Of a stretch of DNA of 57,007 nucleotides, positions 44,711 to 53,973 are shown piece after piece. The position numbers and the translations under genes are program-made. The notes beneath the pieces were generated by a model, which made no database searches, had not been told where the DNA came from, and was given only the letters and a program-made list of their open reading frames with translations. Within the stretch, counting starts at the first letter, position 1; each line of letters starts with the position of its first letter. The stretch comes from a virus (lineage: Duplodnaviria; Caudoviricetes). The stretch is taken from positions 1 through 57,007 of the IMG/VR virus record IMGVR_UViG_3300043786_001636; one strand, 5' to 3'.

Positions 44711-45326
44711 AGACTACACCTTGACCCCGGCGCAAGTGATGGAGCTGTATCATCGCGAATCTGCGTCCACCTTAAACTGCCTCCGGGCTTTGCCTACGAC
44801 CATCATTCTCATGATGACCAAGACGCACCCGGACGGCACGCCATGGTGGCAACGAGTGGAGTTTCCCGACCGGTCCTTTACCTACAAGTCCAAGATCGAC
44901 TTCGTGCGGTCCAACTCGCGTGGAGGGCTTGGCATGACCGTGGAGGTACTCACAAACATGCTGGACTCTGCCGCCGAACTGGTGAGCCGGGCCGATGTGG
45001 AGAAGGCCCGTAGGCTGATCTTTGAGGCGGAGGATGTGATCCCGCACAAGCCTGGGCCAAATGGTGACAATGTAAGCATCTCGCAACACGGCAACTCCGC
45101 CGAATACCTGCGCCGTCGATTGAAGCGGGACGCTCCGGCGCTCTGGGAAGACGTGGTGAGCGGAGTCAAAAGCGCCAGAGCGGCAGCCATTGAAGCCGGG
45201 ATCGTGAAGGTCAAGACGCCAGTGGAGGTTGCGACTGCCAGCCTTGCCAAGCTGACGGACGAGGAGTTTGCAACGGTGGTCGCCATTGAATGGCAGCGGC
45301 GAGGACTTGCGAATCAAGCCATTTGA
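44694..45326 (+). CDS. Hypothetical DNA-binding protein
   Basis: C-terminal HGNSAEYLRRRLKRDAP..SARAAAIEAGI helical motif; overlaps the helicase stop. Confidence 0.65.
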   Translation: MEAGTEDYTLTPAQVMELYHRESASTLNCLRALPTTIILMMTKTHPDGTPWWQRVEFPDRSFTYKSKIDFVRSNSRGGLGMTVEVLTNMLDSAAELVSRADVEKARRLIFEAEDVIPHKPGPNGDNVSISQHGNSAEYLRRRLKRDAPALWEDVVSGVKSARAAAIEAGIVKVKTPVEVATASLAKLTDEEFATVVAIEWQRRGLANQAI

Positions 45327-45438
45327 CGCCCTCTACGCTTGCAATTCACGCGCGTGCGCAAACTGCGGGACACCGCAGCCTTCATGCGAGGACGAGCCAA
45401 AACTTTGCAACTCACGCAAATGAAGTAAATTGCCAGCA

Positions 45439-46032
45439 ATGCCCGGGAAGCCAGCAAAACAAACACCGAAACGCGATTCGGTCTATTATTCCGACGAGGA
45501 AATGGAACTGATACTGTCGGCCATATCCCGCCGCACCAAGACTGGGTTGCGCGACCGGGCCGCCGTGCTGGTCATGTGGCGCGGCATGCTGCGCGTGAAC
45601 GAATGTTTGCAGGTGCGTATAGCTGACATCGATTTTAAGACTCGCGAATTGCGAGTGCTGCACGGGAAAGGCGACCGCGCCCGCACCGTGGCGCTGCCAC
45701 CATCTGCGATTGAGGCGATTCAAGCCTGGCTAGAGGTCCGCAAGAAACTCCCAGCCACAAAACTGGACCCGTTGTTTTGCTCGTTATACGGCAAATGTTT
45801 AGACCCGTCTCATTTTCGACATAAACTTCCGCGGATCGCCGCTAAAATTGACCTCGGCAAACGACTTCACGCGCACGGGTTCCGCCATTCCGGGGCCGTA
45901 AGAATGAAACGCCGCGGCATCAACACCATGCAGATATCGTCCGGCCTAGGTCACGCCAACATACAAACGACGGAGACCTATTTGCACCACTTGCGCAACG
46001 ACGATGTCATTGCAATCATGCGCGAGGAATGA
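45439..46032 (+). CDS. Minimal tyrosine recombinase (catalytic domain only)
   Basis: About 197 aa with the complete catalytic set: MLRVNE, GKG, HGFRH and LGH..TTETY. Confidence 0.9.
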   Translation: MPGKPAKQTPKRDSVYYSDEEMELILSAISRRTKTGLRDRAAVLVMWRGMLRVNECLQVRIADIDFKTRELRVLHGKGDRARTVALPPSAIEAIQAWLEVRKKLPATKLDPLFCSLYGKCLDPSHFRHKLPRIAAKIDLGKRLHAHGFRHSGAVRMKRRGINTMQISSGLGHANIQTTETYLHHLRNDDVIAIMREE

Positions 46033-46088
46033 CCTTGTGCTTATCAAAATGGCTAGAATTGCAAGAATTTGCAGCCCATAACTTTCAT

Positions 46089-46122
46089 ATGAAACACGTT
46101 TCTGTCAAAAAACGTGTTTCAT
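46089..46122. other. 34-bp 13-8-13 inverted repeat (lox-like site or operator)
   Basis: ATGAAACACGTTT-CTGTCAAA-AAACGTGTTTCAT with perfect arms, starting 57 bp after the recombinase stop. Confidence 0.6.
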
Positions 46123-46135
46123 TTGCACGTTGGAA

Positions 46136-46163
46136 TTGCAGCCAGAGAAAAACGTGATAGTTT
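46136..46163 (+). promoter_or_regulatory. Putative promoter TTGCAG-N16-TAGTTT with extended TG
   Basis: Shares TTGCAGC-N5-AAAAACGTGATA with 33818-33841. Confidence 0.55.
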
Positions 46164-46187
46164 CGGGTATCAGACACGACCACGACC

Positions 46188-46433
46188 ATGAACATTGAAA
46201 GCATTGAAAGCACCATGTTTATCGAGCGAGACGACTTCGACATCGAAGTCGTCATCACCGCCGAATACGAGCCGGGTTGTCCCGGCCAACGGTGGGACCG
46301 AAATTTTGGCGGCACTCCACCTGCCCCACCTTGCTTGTGGGGTGTCGCGGCAACTTACGCTGGGAAAAAGATTGTCCTCTCTGCTCGCGAAATGGAGCGA
46401 GCCGAAGAAATTCTGTGGGAAAAGGTGGCATGA
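46188..46433 (+). CDS. Hypothetical protein
   Basis: 81 aa, acidic; YEPG..G..D..PP.PP motif common in small phage proteins. Confidence 0.65.
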   Translation: MNIESIESTMFIERDDFDIEVVITAEYEPGCPGQRWDRNFGGTPPAPPCLWGVAATYAGKKIVLSAREMERAEEILWEKVA

Positions 46434-47059
46434 GAAACGTGAACCTGCCCAAAGCCCGCGTATGGGTCCGCCGAGACGCTTTCGGCGAAAGCCCCAACGA
46501 GTTTGAGCCGGCCTGGCTTATCTCCGCAAGGGCATTGCGCAACCGCCCGTTCGCGTTTCAGGTCTGGGCCGACAGATTCGCGGCCTGCTACGACAAAATC
46601 CCACCGCACTGCCTCTACTGGAGGCTGCCGGAAGGTGGCGATGAAGCGTTGCCGCTGCACAAGGTGCAAATGTGGGAATGCCTCAGCGGCTCCATTGAGT
46701 GCTGGCAGAAAACGCAACTAGCTGACGTCCCGGTCATCGTCAATTTGGGTGGTGGCCAGCGCATCGGCGGCCACTATTGGTTCACGCTTGACTTCATACC
46801 TGAGGGCCAGGGGCAGGGTATGATTGACGTCGGCGAAGCCGACATCCTTGAAGAACACAAGGAGGCCAACGTCATCCGGCTTGAGAACGGGCAGGTCGCC
46901 ATTTACCCAAACAACAGACTCAAATGGCTTCCGCTTTCTCTGACTCCACCAGGCGCCGCCACCGCAGTGCCGGGATGGAAGGTCGCAACCAATGCCCAGT
47001 GGGACGATTGGTGGGACGACTCAGCCGAGATCTTGGGCGACCAAGATTTCGCCTATTGA
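46430..47059 (+). CDS. Conserved hypothetical phage protein
   Basis: Motifs QMWEC, YWFTLD, EHK and NGQVAIYPNNRLKW; ATGA-coupled. Confidence 0.7.
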   Translation: MRNVNLPKARVWVRRDAFGESPNEFEPAWLISARALRNRPFAFQVWADRFAACYDKIPPHCLYWRLPEGGDEALPLHKVQMWECLSGSIECWQKTQLADVPVIVNLGGGQRIGGHYWFTLDFIPEGQGQGMIDVGEADILEEHKEANVIRLENGQVAIYPNNRLKWLPLSLTPPGAATAVPGWKVATNAQWDDWWDDSAEILGDQDFAY

Positions 47060-47336
47060 TCAATCGACTTCGCGAAAGTTTGAAAAGGCAAAACAGAGAT
47101 CCATTGCGGTTTTTGGCAACTCAGCTTTGGCTGAGAAACCGCGCCCATGCTTTTGCCCGCCTATTTTTGCAATGTGAGGATTTCCGCTTGCGGAAAAGCT
47201 CACGTTGTTGAGTGTGCCAAAAACCAAAAGGGGCGCCCTGTTTTGACCCCGGGCGCCCCTCAACCGATGATGAAGACATTACACCGGGACCGGAGTCCCG
47301 TCAACTTTGCGTCTCGTTTTTGCAAAGGGAGGCGCC

Positions 47337-47564
47337 ATGCGTGACCGCGTCACGGTCCTCATGGAAATCGTCCGCGCCTTGCAGGACGATCTTCGCGCCG
47401 CGCAAAAGGAGCGCGACACCGCCTGCAGTCTGCTGCAACGACTGATCGGCCTGGCAAATTACGCTGCCGAGGAAGACCCGGACCCAAACATCCTTGAGCG
47501 TCAAGGCCGCATTCTCGTCGAGGACGCCAAGAATTTCACCCAACACCACAACCATGAACAATGA
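47337..47564 (+). CDS. Hypothetical coiled-coil protein
   Basis: GGGAGG RBS upstream of ATG 47337. Confidence 0.6.
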   Translation: MRDRVTVLMEIVRALQDDLRAAQKERDTACSLLQRLIGLANYAAEEDPDPNILERQGRILVEDAKNFTQHHNHEQ

Positions 47565-47826
47565 CCTACTATTTGCCCTCCCTGAATGCCCCTCTCCAAG
47601 GATGCGCTGGAAAGAGAAACACCGGGTTGATCAGCGACTTCTCCCCGACGGGCGCATCCGCTGGATCGGCACGTTCCCGCTGACGGGCGGGTTCCTTCTG
47701 CGGCCCGACAAGGTTTACGAAACCGAGGCCAGGTGGTCGGTCGTCGTCTCCCCGGAGACCGATGAAATTGATGCCCTTTTGGAACTCGCTCTTGCTGCAG
47801 GAGCCAAACTCTGGAACGAGCTATGA
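47554..47826 (+). CDS. Hypothetical protein
   Basis: 90 aa, coupled to the replication gene. Confidence 0.6.
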   Translation: MNNDLLFALPECPSPRMRWKEKHRVDQRLLPDGRIRWIGTFPLTGGFLLRPDKVYETEARWSVVVSPETDEIDALLELALAAGAKLWNEL

Positions 47827-48806
47827 GCGGCTGGATCAAAATGAGGACATGCTTGTCCCGAACCCCGGAGGTCTACCAGCTTGCCCGGGAAACCGGACTG
47901 GACCGTTTCGCTGTCGTGGGCCGTCTTCTGGAGGTGTGGGCGTGGTTCGACACCATGACGGAGGATGGTAACGCTGTCGGCGTTACTTTTGTAACGCTCG
48001 ATGATGTCGCATGTAACGCTGGCTTTTCGCAAGCAATGTCAAATTGCGGATGGTTGATCGAAACAGAGGCCGGTTTGAGCGTTCCGAAGTTTGAAAAACA
48101 CAACTCCGAGACCGCCAAAAAAAGGGCAAATACGGCCAACCGAGTGGCCCGCCATCGGGCAAAAAATGAGAAACCGACGCCAAATTCGGCTGTAACGCTC
48201 GACGAAAAAAATGTAACGCCAACAGCGTTACCTAGAATAGAGAAGAGAAGAGAAGAAAAAGAATGTACCCCCATACCCCCAAGGGGGCGCACAGACAGCA
48301 GCACTTTGTTCGACTTGCCGACAACGCCGGGGACGGCAAAGGTTGCGCCACCAGCAAAAGCCGAGGTCGCCAACCTGTTCGAAATCCTCTGGGAAATGTG
48401 CCCCACAAAAAAAGGCCGTGGAGCCGCCCAGAAGGCATGGGCAAGGGTGGTCCGCTGTCATGACCCTCGGGACATCGTGCGACGCCTCACAAGGTATCTG
48501 GCGTGCGAACAAGAGCGGTATTCGGCGCGACCCGACGATTACCAGGCGCTGCATCTGTCAACTTGGCTCAACCAAGAGAGGTTTTTGGACGAGCCGACCC
48601 GGGTGCCGGTTCCCCCCGCCCGCTTGTTGCAATCCGCGTGGGTTGCCAGCGGACGCAACGGGTCCGGGCCACCAAAATGGGAGGTTCTGGCGCAACAACC
48701 GGAGGTCGTCGCTGACATGCAGCGCTCGAGTCTCGCGTTCAACCTGTTCCTCGAGGGGCTCGAGGAATGCGTGCGGATCGTTTACCCCAACGCCGAAATC
48801 GTATGA
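47823..48806 (+). CDS. Phage replication initiator
   Basis: WIKMR..VVGRL..VW.W N-terminus, linker ending EKRREEK, and W..P.K..A..AW..TWLNQERF C-domain. Upstream of dnaB. Confidence 0.8.
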   Translation: MSGWIKMRTCLSRTPEVYQLARETGLDRFAVVGRLLEVWAWFDTMTEDGNAVGVTFVTLDDVACNAGFSQAMSNCGWLIETEAGLSVPKFEKHNSETAKKRANTANRVARHRAKNEKPTPNSAVTLDEKNVTPTALPRIEKRREEKECTPIPPRGRTDSSTLFDLPTTPGTAKVAPPAKAEVANLFEILWEMCPTKKGRGAAQKAWARVVRCHDPRDIVRRLTRYLACEQERYSARPDDYQALHLSTWLNQERFLDEPTRVPVPPARLLQSAWVASGRNGSGPPKWEVLAQQPEVVADMQRSSLAFNLFLEGLEECVRIVYPNAEIV

Positions 48807-50173
48807 TCAACGAGACTGCGGAAAAGGGGTTTGTCTCCTGCGTCTTGCAGGGGGCTCGTGACGTCCCCACGGTCGGCCCCGACTGGTTCGTGAACACAAC
48901 CTATTGGACCTTGTTGCAGGAATGGCAAAATGCGGACCAACCCGGTCTGGTCGCCCTCGTGGCGCGGCTGCAGCAGCAGGGTCTGCTGGAGCAGATTCCT
49001 GCCGCGCTAGTCAACGAGCTCTGGTTCTTTGCGCCGGCGGCGACCGAACTGCGCTACTACCACAAAGCGCTTGCGAAGGCGCGACTGAAGCGTCGGCAAC
49101 AGACGTTTGCCGCAGAGGTGCTACGGTCTGTCGCGTCTGATACCGACCCGGACCAACTTGCTGCCGATATGGAGGTCAAAGTTTTGGCTCTGCGCGACGA
49201 CCTCAGCGCGCAAGCTGCGGGCGTGCCGTCGCTGAGAGAGGCGGCAATGCAGACGTTCGACGACCTCGAAAAGCGCGTCGTGGCCAAGCGCAAAGGGGTG
49301 TGGCCCGGGATTCCGTCCGGCATCGCCCCGCTCGACGATTTGACCAGCGGGTTCCAAGCTGGGCGAGTCTATGTGTTTGGTGCCCGACCCGGCATGGGCA
49401 AGACATCGCTGCTACGCCAGATCATGCTGCGGGCCGCCGCTTCTGAGTTTCCGGTTTACTTCCTCAACCTTGAAATGTCTGCGGCGCAGACGTTTGAGGC
49501 GTTGCTGGCCACCGAAGGGAAAGTCGATTCCGGGGCGATGCAGGCGGGTGAATTGACGGCCTCTGACATGGCGCGAATTCAGCACACTGCTGAACGCCTC
49601 CTAAAAATGCCCATCTTCGTCGATGATCGGTTTTTGACCGTGCCACAAATTGAGGCGACCGTTCGTCGCATGGTGCGGGAGCACAAAATCAAGATGTTCT
49701 GTCTGGACTACATCCAGCTCGTCCCGGCCAGCAACAGCGAGGAGGAGCGCAACACGCTCATGCGCATCTCGGCTGCGTCGCACGCCATGGTCCGCATCGC
49801 CAAGCAGAACAACATCCCGGTCATAGTGCTGGCCCAACTTAACCGCGAGGCCGTGGTCGATTCCGCGCGCAACCTCACCACGAGGCACATACGCGATTGC
49901 GGCCAGATTGAGCAGGACGCTTGGTTCATCGGCCTCATGGGCCCCGGCGATGACGCGGCGAAAGAGGAGAAGAAAGAACAGGTGGACCGATACGGAAACA
50001 AAGTCGCCACCTCTGTGCCTGTTGAGAAACAAACCAACGGTTCCCCCGACAACCGGATCGGCATGAATGTGGTCAAGAACCGCACGGGAAAATCCTCTGC
50101 CTTTTTCGAGATGACGTTCAACGGTCCTCACCTGCGATTTTCTGTCTGTGAAGAAACCAACAAAAACCGATGA
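48803..50173 (+). CDS. dnaB: Replicative DnaB-like helicase
   Basis: GARPGMGKT, LEMS, DYIQL, LAQLNR, IEQDA and KNR.G motifs. Confidence 0.93.
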   Translation: MINETAEKGFVSCVLQGARDVPTVGPDWFVNTTYWTLLQEWQNADQPGLVALVARLQQQGLLEQIPAALVNELWFFAPAATELRYYHKALAKARLKRRQQTFAAEVLRSVASDTDPDQLAADMEVKVLALRDDLSAQAAGVPSLREAAMQTFDDLEKRVVAKRKGVWPGIPSGIAPLDDLTSGFQAGRVYVFGARPGMGKTSLLRQIMLRAAASEFPVYFLNLEMSAAQTFEALLATEGKVDSGAMQAGELTASDMARIQHTAERLLKMPIFVDDRFLTVPQIEATVRRMVREHKIKMFCLDYIQLVPASNSEEERNTLMRISAASHAMVRIAKQNNIPVIVLAQLNREAVVDSARNLTTRHIRDCGQIEQDAWFIGLMGPGDDAAKEEKKEQVDRYGNKVATSVPVEKQTNGSPDNRIGMNVVKNRTGKSSAFFEMTFNGPHLRFSVCEETNKNR

Positions 50174-50174
50174 T

Positions 50175-50435
50175 ATGGAAAAGACACTAACGGAACGACG
50201 CCGCCTAGCTGGATACATCCAAACCCACCCAGAACGATTCGTGGTCTGCCTCGGCTGCGATTCTATCTTGGCGCGCAGCCGGGTTGACAAGAAAGACGCA
50301 AACGGCTGGGGGCAGGGATTGTGCCACTACTGCGCCTCCTACAGGTTCGACCACGACATTGCGCGCATTTGCGCCCAGGCCCAAGTGAACGGCGAGCAAG
50401 AGTCAGCTATGCCGGAAGTTTGCGGATCGCATTAA
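50175..50435 (+). CDS. Small zinc-ribbon protein
   Basis: CLGC...CHYC. Confidence 0.6.
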   Translation: MEKTLTERRRLAGYIQTHPERFVVCLGCDSILARSRVDKKDANGWGQGLCHYCASYRFDHDIARICAQAQVNGEQESAMPEVCGSH

Positions 50436-50439
50436 CCTC

Positions 50440-50730
50440 ATGAACAACAACCCAAAAGATTTGGCTGTCCTTGGCGCCTTTTCATTGGTTGCCCAAGACA
50501 AAACCACCGGCGAACTGGAATCGGTTATTTGCGCGTCGGAGGACTCCGCTGTCTCGTGCGTCTCACGAAAACGCATTGCCCGGAAAAACAGGTGGTTGCA
50601 CCTTTACGATCCGTCTCTCGCCCTGCGCCGATATGCCAACGGCGACCAAAACCCACTCCGCTGGGTCTGTCGCGGCGTTTCGCCCCACAGGGATAGCGGC
50701 GGGTCACTTGCCGGCCCTCTGCGCGACTGA
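50440..50730 (+). CDS. Hypothetical protein
   Basis: 96-aa ORF following the zinc-ribbon gene. Confidence 0.5.
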   Translation: MNNNPKDLAVLGAFSLVAQDKTTGELESVICASEDSAVSCVSRKRIARKNRWLHLYDPSLALRRYANGDQNPLRWVCRGVSPHRDSGGSLAGPLRD

Positions 50731-50843
50731 TTGCAGGAGACAACAGTTTTTTGCGGCCAAAAAAACGCCTAGGTGCAACAACTTCGGCAAGCCTGCAAAA
50801 AAACGGATGACGCAGATGCATCGACCGTCAACGCTTGGCGGCG

Positions 50844-51557
50844 ATGCAATCTTCCGTGACCGCGGCCTTGGGTTTTTTAGCCTCCACCGATTCTGCGCCA
50901 GATCGGTCGCGCGGGTTCGCATCGTATCGCGTCCTGCCCCCGCCCCTGCCGCCTGTGCGGCTTGAGGAAGTGCCGGGGGAAAGCGGACGGTTCCGGGTGA
51001 CGGCTCCCTACGTATTCACAGCGCCGTGGGGCGCGAACTACGAAATCCCCGCCGGGTATACGACCGATTTGGCGTCGTCCCCGCGCGCCCTTTGGTCGCT
51101 GCTGGCGCCACACGAGCTTGGCTTCACGGCGACGACAATCCACGATTTTCTGCGAGACAAGGGGCCCGGCCTCGGCGTGACGCGCGCCGAGGCCGACGCA
51201 GCTTTTGAGGCGGTGCTGGAACGGCAACTCGTGGACCCGACCAAAGCCCTGCGCGCCATTGCCGCTGTGCGTCTGTGGTCTCGGTTCCGCAGCGCCGAAG
51301 AACGTCTGACGCAGCATCTTGCCGCCTCCGGGTCTTGGCAGACGCTGCGCATGACAACCAAAACCTTGGCACCGATCGTGTTGGCGGCCCTGCGCTCACG
51401 CCGCGTTGGGCTCGTGAGCGAAGCCTGGCGCATCGGCAAACCGCTCCTTGCCGAATTTCTGCACCGTCGGGGAAAAGCTCCACAACGCAAAGCCATCAAA
51501 GACATCGGCGATCTCATGGCTTTGCCTAGCAACGACGAATTCACCATCGACCTTTAA
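50844..51557 (+). CDS. DUF1353-family protein
   Basis: IPAGYTTDLASSPR..IHD..TRAEADAAF..AVR motif. Confidence 0.75.
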   Translation: MQSSVTAALGFLASTDSAPDRSRGFASYRVLPPPLPPVRLEEVPGESGRFRVTAPYVFTAPWGANYEIPAGYTTDLASSPRALWSLLAPHELGFTATTIHDFLRDKGPGLGVTRAEADAAFEAVLERQLVDPTKALRAIAAVRLWSRFRSAEERLTQHLAASGSWQTLRMTTKTLAPIVLAALRSRRVGLVSEAWRIGKPLLAEFLHRRGKAPQRKAIKDIGDLMALPSNDEFTIDL

Positions 51558-51559
51558 AC

Positions 51560-51949
51560 GTGAGCGCACGCACGACCGAACAATCACTTTCCCAAAAGGT
51601 CGCCGTTTTGACTCACGACGTCACCGTCCTCTCGCGGAACGTCGATAGTTTGGCCAGCCTCATTCGCGAAAACAGCACGTCCCTTTCAGACCACATCGCA
51701 AAATTGAGCGACCGGATCAATGTTGCCGAACGCGGCCACGGCCCGACATGGACCGGCATTGCGCAGGTGGCAACGCTCATTGCCACCTACACCGTGCTGT
51801 TGTCGGCCTTGGTTGCCCTCTACGTCCGCGGAGAAATCACCGCTGCCGATGCCGTGCATGAGCAATGGCGCAAGGATACCAGCACGGCCATCACCAGGTT
51901 GCAGGCGCAAAACGAAATTGTGTTCAACGCTTCACCTCAAACACCGTAA
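51560..51949 (+). CDS. Coiled-coil protein with a single TM segment (holin-like candidate)
   Basis: Heptad N-terminus followed by hydrophobic WTGIAQVATLIATYTVLLSALVALYV. Confidence 0.45.
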   Translation: MSARTTEQSLSQKVAVLTHDVTVLSRNVDSLASLIRENSTSLSDHIAKLSDRINVAERGHGPTWTGIAQVATLIATYTVLLSALVALYVRGEITAADAVHEQWRKDTSTAITRLQAQNEIVFNASPQTP

Positions 51950-53973
51950 TGCCTGACATTGTCACTCCGCAAATCGTCCCTCCGCAGGATTCTCAAGGAA
52001 ACAACCTTGGCGGAACGTGGGGAACGCCCACACGGCCATGGGGCGCTGGCTTTTTCCACGCCATGTTCGTTCGCGGCAAAGCTGTCGCCACGGTCGATTC
52101 GCCGCGGTTCGTGGGAACTCCCACCGCGCAGACCCCGAATTCAAACGACAACTCGGAGAGGATCGCCAACACCTCGTGGGTGCGCTCGTTTGTGGCAAGC
52201 GTGCAACTGGGCGCCTCAAACATCACCGGCTTGGCGGCAGGCGTGTTGGCCTGGTTGCAAACGCCCTCGTCTGCGAACCTGTTTGCGGCCATGACCACCA
52301 AGACCGGGACCGGCAATTTGGTGTTTGGCACTTCGCCAACTCTGGTCACCCCGGTTTTAGGCGCCGCCACAGCCACTAGCGTCAACGGCGTGGCGATCAA
52401 CCCTGCCGCTGGCGCAACACTTAACCTAGCAAACAACTCGGCTCTTGCTCTTGCTGGCGGTCACGGACTGACGCTGAACACCACCGGAAGCACTACGCTG
52501 ACCTTGCCGACCTCCGGCACGGTCGCCACGCTGAACGCAGACACCATGCTGGCCAACGGCACCGGCAACCAAGTCACCGCCGCAGATTTGCGCACGCACC
52601 TAGACGACGTGACGAAACACCGCTCAATCAACGACAGCACGGTTGCGACGACTTCGCTGTGGAGCTCGTCGAAAATCAATGGCGAACTGGCAACGATCAA
52701 CACGACCATCGGCCAGCTTCCCGCAGCGCCGACCAACGGCGCCATCATCAATACCATTGCCGCCGCTCTGCAGAGCGGCGGAGGAATCACTTGGTCCTCG
52801 GTTTCCAACACCTCTATCACCCCCAACACCAGCGGACTCCTCAAAGCGGATGGGACGGTGCCGGGCACGGGCCGCCAAGAATTGCTGCGACTCAATTTCA
52901 CCGATTGGACGACCCTGACCATTGCTGCGGGCTCCGTCACCTCGACGCGCACGCTCCACACGGTTGCCGCTGAGGCTGGAACCGCCGACGACCTGACCAC
53001 CATTGAAAGCGCAGAGACCGGCGATTTGTTGATCCTACGGGCAGACGCCGGCGACACCATCACCCTGCGCCACGGCACCGGCAACATCCTTTGCGCTGGC
53101 GGCGCAGACCTCACGTTGGATGGCGCCAAGGTGGCCTATTTGATTCGGCACACCAGCGGGTGGCTGGCCTCGGTGCCAGTCAACGCAACCGGCGCGGGCA
53201 CTGGCGACGTAGTCGGCCCTGCCTCGTCCGTCGATGGCAACCTTGTCGCCTTCAACGGGTCAAGCGGCAAAGCCATCAAGACGGCAGCTACGACGGGGAC
53301 CGGCAACGTGGTCTTGGCCACCTCGCCAACCTTGGTCACTCCAGCGATTGGGACGCCTTCGGCGGGCGTCTTGACGAACTGCACCGGACTTCCCTTGGCC
53401 ACAGGCATTTCTGGACTTGCTGCCGGCGTGGCTGCGCTGCTTGAAACGCCAACCAGCGCCAACCTCCGCACCGCCATCACCGACGAAACCGGCACCGGAT
53501 CTCTCGTTTTTGCCCAATCGCCGACTCTGGTCACCCCCGTGTTGGGCACCCCAGCCAGTGGCAACCTGTCCAATTGCACCAACCTTCCCGGGGCGCAGAT
53601 CGTCGGGCAACGAGAGGTCATTATCATCGCTGCGTCCGATGAAGTCACCAACCTGACGACCGGATCGGCTAAGGTGACGTTCCGCATGCCGTTTGCGATG
53701 ACAGTGTCAAGCGTCCGCGGGTCGCTTTCAACCGCGCAAGGCTCGGGCAATTTGCTGACGGTGGACGTGAACGAAAACGGAACGTCGATTTTGGGACAAA
53801 ATACCAAGCTCACGTTCGACAACAACGAAAAAACCACCACAACAGCAGCTACTGCTGTGGGCTTGTCCGACACGTCGCTCGCCGACGACGCCGAGATCAC
53901 CGTGGACATTGATCAGGTCGGGGCCGCAGGCGCGCGCGGTCTCAAAATCACCCTCATCGGAACAAGAACATGA
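51949..53973 (+). CDS. Long tail fibre/virion fibre protein
   Basis: 674 aa. SP.F.GTPTA..IANT.WV fibre motif and three TGTG.LV...SPTLVTP.LG repeats. Confidence 0.75.
   Translation: MPDIVTPQIVPPQDSQGNNLGGTWGTPTRPWGAGFFHAMFVRGKAVATVDSPRFVGTPTAQTPNSNDNSERIANTSWVRSFVASVQLGASNITGLAAGVLAWLQTPSSANLFAAMTTKTGTGNLVFGTSPTLVTPVLGAATATSVNGVAINPAAGATLNLANNSALALAGGHGLTLNTTGSTTLTLPTSGTVATLNADTMLANGTGNQVTAADLRTHLDDVTKHRSINDSTVATTSLWSSSKINGELATINTTIGQLPAAPTNGAIINTIAAALQSGGGITWSSVSNTSITPNTSGLLKADGTVPGTGRQELLRLNFTDWTTLTIAAGSVTSTRTLHTVAAEAGTADDLTTIESAETGDLLILRADAGDTITLRHGTGNILCAGGADLTLDGAKVAYLIRHTSGWLASVPVNATGAGTGDVVGPASSVDGNLVAFNGSSGKAIKTAATTGTGNVVLATSPTLVTPAIGTPSAGVLTNCTGLPLATGISGLAAGVAALLETPTSANLRTAITDETGTGSLVFAQSPTLVTPVLGTPASGNLSNCTNLPGAQIVGQREVIIIAASDEVTNLTTGSAKVTFRMPFAMTVSSVRGSLSTAQGSGNLLTVDVNENGTSILGQNTKLTFDNNEKTTTTAATAVGLSDTSLADDAEITVDIDQVGAAGARGLKITLIGTRT

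Noticed and set aside
46070-46096. dif-like or parS-like site (CATAA..ATATG; TTTCATATGAAA palindrome)
   Set aside because: Spacing does not fit dif and the match to the parS consensus is only 12/16, too weak to call.
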